From Heterodontus francisci (lineage: Eukaryota): a stretch of 64,000 nucleotides of DNA. Shown here one piece after another: positions 45,601-52,200 of this stretch. The number at the start of each line of letters is the position of its first letter. The stretch's first letter is position 1. Made by a program: the position numbers and the translations under genes. The stretch covers positions 72,591,757-72,655,756 of the forward strand of contig NC_090380.1 in assembly GCF_036365525.1 (NCBI RefSeq), given 5' to 3'. A model generated the notes under the pieces. It worked only from the letters and a program-made list of their open reading frames with translations, was not told the DNA's origin and did no database searches.

Positions 45601-46308
45601 GGTAGATGTTGAGAATATGTTTCCACTGGTGGGGGAATCTCGAACTAGGGGACATAGTTACAGAATAAGGGGTCACACATTTAAAACTGAGATGCGAAGG
45701 AATTTCTTCTCTCAGAGGGTGGTGAATCTCTGGAATTCCCTACTTCAGAGTTGTGGAGGCTAGGTCACTAAATGTATTTAAGGAGGTAGATAGATTTTTG
45801 AATTCTCGAGTCGAGGGTTATGCGGAGCAAGCCCAAAAGAGGAGTTGAGGCCTGGGACAGATCAGCCGTGATCTTATTGAATGGCGGGGCAGGCTTGACG
45901 GGCTGAACGGCCTACTCCTCCTATTTCTTATGTAATTTACATCAGTTTCAGGTGGATCTATTATTGCAGCTGAATTTGGAACTTGTTGCTTTTTCCATCT
46001 CAACAAATTGAGAATAATGCATTGCTGCAAAATGCTTAATGCAGTGAAATTTTGCAGCAAATTAGATTTCACGATAAACAGGTTATGTTGTAATCAGAAA
46101 TGGTGGTAATTTTAGTTTTAAAAACAAAACTGTTGCTATACTAAAAATTGCATTTCCCTCCAGGTTTGTGTGTGAGGGTACTATTGAGGACAAAGTCTTT
46201 GAGCTACAGGAGAAGAAAAAGGAACTAGCAAAGAAGGTGCTATCGGGAACTGGAGGATCCTTTACCAAGCTTACATTAGCTGATCTTCGGATTCTGTTTG
46301 GTGTGTGA
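510..46308 (+). CDS. TTF2: Transcription termination factor 2 (SNF2-family helicase/ATPase), last 14 coding exons (~573 aa); 5' exons lie upstream of the window
   Basis: Exons 510-623, 6091-6241, 7003-7093, 7495-7694, 7986-8139, 13621-13712, 16324-16412, 19630-19772, 20291-20461, 27268-27326, 38235-38388, 39872-39954, 41013-41087, 46164-46308. All are AG/GT bounded and phase-compatible. Motifs: ADDMGLGKT (I), CPASL (Ia), ILDEAH (II), TGTPIQN (III), SQWT (IV), [11 protein letters not shown] (V), [11 protein letters not shown] (VI). No RING insert; C-terminus [13 protein letters not shown] is TTF2-like. Confidence 0.95.
820..1152 (+). mobile_element. Old SINE, SacSINE1/DeuSINE-like, with L2-type 3' tail
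   Basis: tRNA-like head (gagtcaggaggctgtgggtttaagccccac), core ctgagggagtgctgcactgt, tail gtgaagtgctttggga...tatatgaatgcaag. Confidence 0.6.
1539..3254 (+). mobile_element. Decayed hAT DNA transposon with CGGBP1-like transposase remnants
   Basis: 8-bp TSD ATTATAAT (1531-1538 and 3255-3262); TIR ..taccaaattcac / gtgaatttggtagggcccta; [26 protein letters not shown], and [13 protein letters not shown] (hAT dimerisation motif). Confidence 0.8.
3632..5662 (-). mobile_element. CR1/HER1-type LINE fragments (two nested 3' ends plus RT)
   Basis: ORF pieces [33 protein letters not shown]; CR1 3' tails at ~3635 and ~4370. Confidence 0.85.
6091..6241 (+). CDS. TTF2: TTF2 exon ([13 protein letters not shown]...YHGP)
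   Basis: caacag|AT...AAGGT|gtgagt; phase 1 to 2. Confidence 0.93.
7003..7093 (+). CDS. TTF2: TTF2 exon ([17 protein letters not shown])
   Basis: tttcag|G...AAT|gtaagt; phase 2 to 0. Confidence 0.9.
7495..7694 (+). CDS. TTF2: TTF2 exon ([14 protein letters not shown])
   Basis: tttcag|GCT...CTCAA|gtaaga; phase 0 to 2. Confidence 0.93.
7986..8139 (+). CDS. TTF2: TTF2 exon ([14 protein letters not shown]...LLRRMK)
   Basis: gttcag|G...CTG|gtaaat; phase 2 to 0. Confidence 0.93.
9478..11402 (-). mobile_element. CR1/L2-superclade LINE, 3' part of ORF2
   Basis: 301-aa RT ORF 9542-10447 ([18 protein letters not shown]-term HHHLLKGN); ALDIKAAFD upstream; A-rich tail at ~9480. Confidence 0.85.
11433..11645 (-). 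mobile_element. CR1 3'-end fragment
   Basis: aagaacataagaaatagaagcaggagtaggcc tail; [10 protein letters not shown]. Confidence 0.7.
11988..12124. other. Assembly gap (137 N)
   Basis: Run of n. Confidence 1.
12244..12999. mobile_element. GC-rich non-autonomous TIR element (MITE), nested in a larger related element (~11660-13153)
   Basis: TIR ggccgggattttac...gtaaaagtctggcc; 3-bp flanks act/acg. Confidence 0.65.
13621..13712 (+). CDS. TTF2: TTF2 exon (VALPQK...[16 protein letters not shown])
   Basis: ttccag|GTT...TCCAG|gtatat; phase 0 to 2. Confidence 0.92.
14459..15278. mobile_element. GC-rich MITE-like element, degenerate
   Basis: Starts ggggctgcatttt; internal ggcgccatctttaaaggg and acttacc motifs typical of this family. 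Confidence 0.45.
16324..16412 (+). CDS. TTF2: TTF2 exon ([12 protein letters not shown]...DNPFNR)
   Basis: ccatag|G...AGAG|gtaaaa; phase 2 to 1. Confidence 0.9.
16615..18170 (-). mobile_element. CR1 3' fragment interrupted by a MITE
   Basis: CR1 tail at 16615; reverse-strand LVRPQLEY-like RT C-terminus resumes after 17905. Confidence 0.75.
17241..17902. mobile_element. GC-rich MITE with 3-bp TSD
   Basis: TIR gggctggaattt...aaaatccaggcc; TSD tgc at 17238-17240 and 17903-17905, inside a CR1. Confidence 0.75.
18856..19330. mobile_element. GC-rich MITE-like element
   Basis: Starts gggctggattttccc; right end degenerate. Confidence 0.45.
19630..19772 (+). CDS. TTF2: TTF2 exon ([21 protein letters not shown])
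   Basis: attcag|TA...ACG|gtaaga; phase 1 to 0. Confidence 0.92.
20291..20461 (+). CDS. TTF2: TTF2 exon ([16 protein letters not shown]...STK)
   Basis: ttacag|GCT...AAG|gtatat; phase 0 to 0. Confidence 0.92.
22939..23338 (+). mobile_element. 5'-truncated LINE 3' end (same family as 9478-11402), inserted in the CR1
   Basis: [21 protein letters not shown]...HHHLLKGN, nearly identical to the 9542-10447 ORF C-terminus. Confidence 0.85.
24604..25506. mobile_element. Solo LTR inserted in the CR1
   Basis: TG...CA ends; 4-bp TSD ATAT (24600-24603 and 25507-25510); removing it restores the CR1 sequence. Confidence 0.75.
25876..26217 (+). mobile_element. HE1-like V-SINE
   Basis: tRNA head (A box tggcgcagtgg, B box ggttcaattc), V-core tgtggagtttgcaagttctccc, CR1-derived tail ending (ctaaa)n. 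Confidence 0.85.
26345..27070 (-). mobile_element. Old L2-like LINE fragment
   Basis: Reverse strand gives degenerate PQGSIL and HxFVTSRL RT motifs. Confidence 0.5.
27268..27326 (+). CDS. TTF2: TTF2 exon ([12 protein letters not shown]...QK)
   Basis: taccag|ATC...AAAAG|gtacgt; phase 0 to 2. Confidence 0.9.
27722..33010 (-). mobile_element. Near-full-length CR1/HER1 LINE interrupted by an RTE
   Basis: ORF1 esterase-like ([15 protein letters not shown]) 32276-33003; endonuclease; RT ORFs 28837-29298 and 27899-28753 (GSVLGP, FADD); 3' tail at 27722. Confidence 0.9.
30588..31938 (-). mobile_element. RTE-clade LINE (5'-truncated)
   Basis: [29 protein letters not shown]; (GAA)n tail; 12-bp TSD CTTGCATTTTTC at 30576-30587 and 31939-31950. 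Confidence 0.9.
33535..35462 (-). mobile_element. CR1 ORF2 fragment interrupted by a solo LTR
   Basis: 198-aa ORF 33832-34428 ([31 protein letters not shown]). Confidence 0.85.
34520..35371 (-). mobile_element. Solo LTR
   Basis: TGTTACGACC...GGATCATAACA ends; 4-bp flanks ctat/gtat; terminus matches the reverse complement of the 47887-48788 LTR end. Confidence 0.7.
36120..37267 (+). mobile_element. Solo LTR inserted in an old LINE fragment (~36000-37660)
   Basis: TG...CA ends; TSD CAGG (36116-36119 and 37268-37271); internal AATAAA. Confidence 0.75.
37670..37775 (+). mobile_element. SacSINE1-like 3' tail fragment
   Basis: cattggctgtaaagggctttaggacatcctgag...ccatgtaaaatac. Confidence 0.5.
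38235..38388 (+). CDS. TTF2: TTF2 exon ([10 protein letters not shown]...LDGSV...FN)
   Basis: tctcag|C...CAG|gtacca; phase 2 to 0. Confidence 0.93.
38831..39692. mobile_element. Possible solo LTR
   Basis: TGTTATGATCC start and TGATGACA end; no clear TSD. Confidence 0.35.
39872..39954 (+). CDS. TTF2: TTF2 exon ([28 protein letters not shown])
   Basis: tcacag|GTC...CACTG|gtaaga; phase 0 to 2. Confidence 0.93.
41013..41087 (+). CDS. TTF2: TTF2 exon ([17 protein letters not shown])
   Basis: tttcag|G...CACAG|gtaact; phase 2 to 2. Confidence 0.93.
42325..42940. mobile_element. GC-rich MITE
   Basis: TIR ggccggaatttt...aaattccggcc, inserted in a CR1. Confidence 0.7.
43745..43880 (+). mobile_element. 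Short Penelope-derived element (degenerate hammerhead motif)
   Basis: ctgatgtaaggtcacagacttgaaatgtt...gatgctgccagacctgct; same family as 59850-59990. Confidence 0.65.
44788..45932 (+). mobile_element. CR1 RT C-terminal half and 3' tail
   Basis: [30 protein letters not shown]; tail ctactcctcctatttcttatg. Confidence 0.88.
46164..46308 (+). CDS. TTF2: TTF2 last coding exon ([11 protein letters not shown]...LRILFGV*)
   Basis: ctccag|G...GTG TGA; stop at 46306-46308. Confidence 0.93.
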
Positions 46309-47886
46309 GTCTTATAGGAAAAACAGTCCTGCAGTCTAATTATTGAACATTCTAACAAATCATAGTTGTGGCTTAATGCATCTGTTGATTTTAGAATTGG
46401 AACTGCTGGAAATCAAACATTTTGTCATAATATGTTCTCTTAATTATGATGTAAGTTACAAAAACTTTATAAGTTCATGGATCATTCATATATTTGGTGT
46501 GTGAGTTTCTCGGTTTCAGAAATGAAATACGCAGCAGCTTCTGCCCAGTCTGAAGCCAAATATTTGTTGCATGATTTTTTTTTTAAGCAAGAAGCGACTT
46601 GATTTGTATCACGCGAGAAAACAATTTGTAATTAAAATGAAGATTTGCTTCATCAAAGAATATATTTCATTTTGGTCTGAATGTTGCTTTCTTAACCTGG
46701 TGATTTTAAATCAACATGGACTGAATGTAAGATGGAAAATTCATCATTGAAGTAAATTATTTTGACTCCTTTCTGCAAAGTAATTTGGAAAAAATTTGGG
46801 GATCTGGTTTCTTGCAAGAAGTGATCCATTTCACACTTTGGAACATCTTTTAAGATGCAGGACAGTTCTTTAACCAAGCATGGCTTTTACATTGTATGAT
46901 TCATCAATTCTTTCTCAACAAGTTAATGTACTGTCTCTGAGCTGTGTAAGTTTGCCTAAGATTGCAATGGAAATCCCCTTTGCTTATGTCAGGGCTCTGG
47001 CTAATGATTGTCGGTGCATTGCCCAAATCCGCCAACAATTCAGTACAAATTGACACTAAATTTTAGTCTTGTTGATGAAGCTAGGTTCAAGGCATGTTGT
47101 TGGAGAAAAGCAAAGTGAGGTTTATTTTGCAACTCCAAGTTGGAATTGTTCAGGGCGACATGGGGAGGGCAAAATAATAATTTAAAAAATAAAGGTTAAT
47201 CCACAGACCTGGCGTCTTTTACTATACAAGCCGAAACAATCGCCAAAATGTAATCTAGATCACAATAATTATGATTTGATCCAACTTGCATTGAGTAAAC
47301 TGCCATGTGAGAAATGGGAGCTGTATTTATAATTTTTAAAGTTTTAAAATGAAATATGTTGTTGTGGTTCACTGCCTTCGGCTACAAGAACTGAAACGAA
47401 CAAGTATGTTACTGTAGTTTATAACTAAGATAAACTCTTAAAATGTCATTATTCAGATATAATCCAGAGTATTTCCAACCATTTGTTTCATTTGTTTACA
47501 ATTAGTGCTTTTCTAAGTGTTCTGTGTGGAGAATCACTTCCAAATCTTGCAAACATTCCACAAGACAATCAATTTGACTTAGGAAAAGGTTATCCGCTAC
47601 ACAAAGGAAACCAATGTTGTCCCGGTGGAAAACGTTTCTCGTAGTGTACAGCAAAATAAACATAAGCCAACAATAGAGAAAACTGATGAGTTTGTGCAAT
47701 CTCAGTTTTAAAACATAGTTTGAGCAAGATGTAATAGGTTGAATTAGTTGAAGTGCAAATTTTTTTAGTTTGTTGAAGAGATTTGCTTTAACTGCTGCTA
47801 TTATGTAACCTGTTGAGATCTTTGTTTTATTTGTTGATTCTATAATATACATTTCCTGCTAGTTGATAGTTAATCGATGTTTACAG

Positions 47887-48788
47887 TGTCATGCTAGACC
47901 CCCACCTGCCAAGAATGAGGCATATTAATTTTGTCATGTGAACATTGATTTTAAACTGTTGCTGGAGCGAGGAAATAACATGTTAAATAGATCAGCCGTG
48001 GCTGGAAAAAAACATTTGCATACTTAGACAGTGCCTGGAGGCACAAAAGGGGCTATTCCCTGCTCCAGTTTAACCCACCATGGACTTTCAGCACCAGGTT
48101 TTGTGCGTAAGAAAAGACATTCAAGGGTCGGCTAAGACAAGAAAATCTACAAACCGAGGTGGTTAGACCAGCTAGTCACATGACTAACCTGCTTGACAAC
48201 CTGGGTTTTTCTGAATTGTACAAAGAGTTTGAACAAAAAAAAGACTGTTTTGCACTTGGAGTGAGAAGACCTGTCCTGTCTGCTCCCATCTCTTTTTGAT
48301 AAGCCTCTGGACCCACTGAGGGCACATGAACTTCGAGAGAAAAGTCTCCCAACATCGAACAAGGTTTAGGAAGAATACTGGGTCCCAATGAAAAGCAAGA
48401 CCCACCTACAATCAAGGACTTTACAGTGAGTTCGAAAAACAGTAATCAAAACCATCTTCAGATATTGCCTCAAACGTTTCCACTTTATTTCTTCTCTTTT
48501 CTATCTCTATCTGCATGTGTGTATCACGTATGCATGCTAGCATGGGAGTGTCGCATATCTGTAGGTGTTAACTAAATTAGAGTTTAAGTTTAATAAAGTT
48601 CAACCTTTTTTCTTTACACCTAAGAAAACCTGTTTGGCTAGTTTCTTTACTTTATAATTGGAAGTTGGTGAACAACGATTCACTAAGTGGGAGCTAAAAA
48701 AAAACTGTGTTTAAAGTAAAACCGTGTTACGGTAAAACCAGCTGAAGGCTGAGAGAACCCTAGAACCTTTTCTCACCTGGTCGTAACA
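47887..48788 (+). mobile_element. Solo LTR, present only in copy 1 of the duplication
   Basis: TGTCATG...CGTAACA; TSD ACAG (47883-47886 and 48789-48792); empty site in the duplicate at ~56605. Confidence 0.85.
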
Positions 48789-48799
48789 ACAGACAAAAA

Positions 48800-49039
48800 T
48801 TATTTTATTTTACCTGTTTTACAGTGTATACGGAGTCTAAATAAACCTTTTGGAATAGCTCTATTATTTAATGAATTGCTAAGTGAAGCCTAAAATATAT
48901 TCATTTTTTATGAAGTAAGGAAATGATCATTCTAAATAATTGGCATCAAAACTGGAACTAGGAGCATAAAGTTCATTTTATACATACATCTCCCGATTAT
49001 CTTTCAGAAAGACAGGAGCTGGCAATGCCACGAGAGCTT
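48800..49039 (-). other. Probable 3'UTR exon of the VJ-C1 gene
   Basis: Acceptor tttatttctcag| at 49041-49040; candidate polyA signals ATTAAA (~48867-48872) and AATAAA (48804-48809) on the - strand. Confidence 0.45.
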
Positions 49040-49112
49040 CTGAGAAATAAAACAAGACACACTCATGCAAATATTTAATACACAAAACCATGATAATTAA
49101 TTTGCTTACCAT

Positions 49113-49207
49113 TTATTTGCAAATCTGAACACAGATCACTGCCGACAGTAACAAACTCATTCCCACAAAGATGGTGAGATAGCGTATGATGGCTGGGACA
49201 AAACCAT
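49113..49207 (-). CDS. Transmembrane/cytoplasmic exon GFVPAIIRYLTIFVGMSLLLSAVICVQICK*
   Basis: tttacag|AT phase 1; hydrophobic run with one Arg; TAA at 49115-49113, then ATG|gtaagc donor at 49110/49109. Confidence 0.85.
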
Positions 49208-52200
49208 CTGTAAATAGAGTACATAGGGTGAGATCACCCAGCTGTGATAAAAGATTGACAACCTGTTGATGCTCTCCTAAAAATACTTTTTTTAAAAAAC
49301 TGGGGCATTTACCTTAACTGGATTAATAGCTTTGTCAAAATAATGAATTTGTGTCTGTCATAGATATCTTCCCAAGTTTCAGTGGCTTCAGTCTCTTCCC
49401 GAAGTGAACTGACCATTCTTTAGTCTTGAAGTGGATCAAGCCAAAGCTTGTGAGACACGACCAGATTACAAATCATAAAGCTGTTTTATTACGGTAAGGA
49501 GAGCGTACAGAGCAACAGTGATTCCCTAATTCAAAGCATAAATCAGTTCAACTTATCTTCCCATATTAATATAAAATAACACATCAATAGGTTGTCTTAC
49601 TGACTTAAACAAGATACCTTCTTACTGCCCTCCAGTATTTCTAAACTTTCAGTCTCAGTGTAAATCCTTCCACTGTTCTGGTTAAAATCCTGACTGCCAG
49701 TGTCTCTCTGTTTTAATCGCCACCAAAAATGGTTAAAAAGGTTCAATGTGACACAGTTTGACATCTTATCGGGCAGCACAGTGGCGCAGTGGTTAGCACT
49801 GCAGCCTCACAGCTCCAGGGACCCAGGTTCGATTCCGGGTACTGCCTGTGTGGAGTTTGCAAGTTCTCCCTGTGTCTGCGTGGGTTTTCTCCGGGCGCTC
49901 CGGTTTCCACCCACAAGCCAAAAGACTTGCAGGTTGATAGGTTAATTGGCCATTATAAATTGCCCCTAGTATAGGTAGGAATATGGGATTAGTGTAGGAT
50001 TAGTATAAATGGGTGGTTGATGGTTGGCACAGACTCGCTGGGCCTGTTTCAGTGCTGTATCTCTAAACTAAACTAAACTAAACATCTAACGGGACGCTAG
50101 TCTTTGCAGGTCTTAAGCATCACAATCACCAACCAGTCAATCTGACTGTATATGATTTACTGCTCCTAAGAATCAGGTATAAGAAGATGAAAAACTTAAG
50201 ATACTGATCCAAATAAATCACTGATTTACATTTTTATGGAATAATGCTAAAAATTACATTTATCTGGCAATTCTGTATTAGCCAAAATGTTCAGCACAAC
50301 ATTGAGACATTTGAAACATTTATACATTTTTGTCATTTTAATTTAACTTCTAGATTAACAGCGTCTATCAATGTGTTGGTTCAGTTTATAGATACCAATC
50401 GCACTGCGGTACTGTATCTGTGGCTTTAAATGGAGAACCAATTTTTTTCTGTATACATAAGTCCTAGAGGGAAAAGTTTAAAGGGTCTTTATGGTTACCC
50501 ATTAATGCAGTTGTAATCCCCAAAACTGATTTGACTGACCTACACACTGATATTATATGGAATATATTTATCAACACATTACTCCAGGGCCCATTTCTCT
50601 TACTGTTTGGCTGTCTATCCAATTTTCTATTCGTTTAGTCCAGACTGCTGGCCATCTCTCTGCTCATTCCCAGTTACTGATTAGCTATCCCTGGGAGCAT
50701 ATTTCTGCCCATTTCTCCCAATGTATGCTTACCAATTTCATTATTTGTCTATCTGGTAACCAGAGTTCCATCTAAAATTTCTTTATACTGGACAGGTTAT
50801 AAACTCCTCTGGTCACTACCTTTTTTTGTCCATGTGCAATGTGCCTTTTAAAAGTCAGGACTTGTATTAGGCTGGAAATTCCTCCCAACTAACTGACAAT
50901 GTTATGAACGGCCTGTTTATTTTTAATATGAGGTGCATTCCAGATTGTTGTGTGACGATGCACCCACACATCTTTAGAAGGAGCATTGCTGGTAACTCCT
51001 CTATACATGCATCCACTTTTACTGCTAACTTGTGTCCTTATTAGCCAAAAGGTACAATATTGAAATCGTAAATATATTATCAGTTCCACATTTGCATTGT
51101 ATTCATAAACAAATGTTTTCATTATAGGTTTTGCGATGTAAAAGAAACTTAGTTTTAATTATGAGGAGTTATCCTATCTTATGAGATGTGTGACATGTTG
51201 CAGTGTAATTCAACATGTCTTTGATTAAAGTTTTTTTTTATCACATTCTAATTAATTTAAAATTAGAATAAGTCATTTTACATTGTACTCTAAATTGGCT
51301 TACAGGTAGTACTTTGGTAGCCTATGAGGTGACAGAGTTAAACGTTGATTATCATCTGGGAGGGCTTTTATCACAAGTTATAATTAATTAGATATGATGC
51401 AAGTATACCTGGGGACTGAACCTGCTCGAAATCCTATAATTGTCCTTCATACTGACTATGCAAAGCTCAGCATGAATGTTGGGAGCATTTAGATTTAAAG
51501 GGAAACGATGAAGATGGATTGGAATCTTTTTTCTGGCTATATATAAATAAACCAGGCCATGATTTTCAACTATAAATGCTCATTGCTATGATGATTAGAA
51601 TAAAACAATAGAAAATGTCCATCAGATAGTATGTTTAGCTTGTAAGTGGCTTTAAAATGTCCTATTTCTCATGTATAATTTACCGCGTTGTACTTCAGTG
51701 AGGTATGTATCAAACCCTAACTACACCCACGTGCTTGATCAAAATAAGGACTGCTTTACTCAGAATTCAAATGATAAAACTTCGGACGTTTTCATATATG
51801 CAGCGATTAGCGATCCAACTTCATATATTTTCATAGACAACATTTGCTCAACGAAATATTTGACAATATATTTCTGGTGAATAGCGACTAGAAGTACATT
51901 TTAACAAAGGCACAGTTCATTTCCGATAATTAAGATTGCTTTTAAGCAAGATTGTCTTCGGTATCTCTTTTATGTAAATATCCCAAGTATCTGGTCACTG
52001 TTAAAGATTGTCGCCCTCCGACATAACGCATTATTGTGCAGATAATTTCACTATGCTAACCCATGAATCGGATCGTAGCACCCACTTGTGTATGTCTAAT
52101 AAAACAGGTTTATCAATTTTACCTTCAGTGTGTGACCTGACTACTTGTTAAATGTTCCATACATAAATGGAAAGACACATTAGGTTTAGTATTCCACAGA

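Noticed and set aside
49466-49525. Hydrophobic peptide GITVALYALLTVIKQLYDL* on the - strand as a candidate TM exon
   Set aside because: Wrong phase for the C1/CP donor, weak polypyrimidine tract, and the AG is not conserved in the paralog. The exon at 49113-49207 fits far better.
49777-49783. CACAGTG heptamer inside the VJ-C1 gene (similar ones at ~25877, ~22960 and ~16384)
   Set aside because: It belongs to a SINE tRNA head (the others to SINE, LINE or TTF2 exon sequence). There is no nonamer at 12/23 spacing and it is not adjacent to the V exon, so it is not an RSS.
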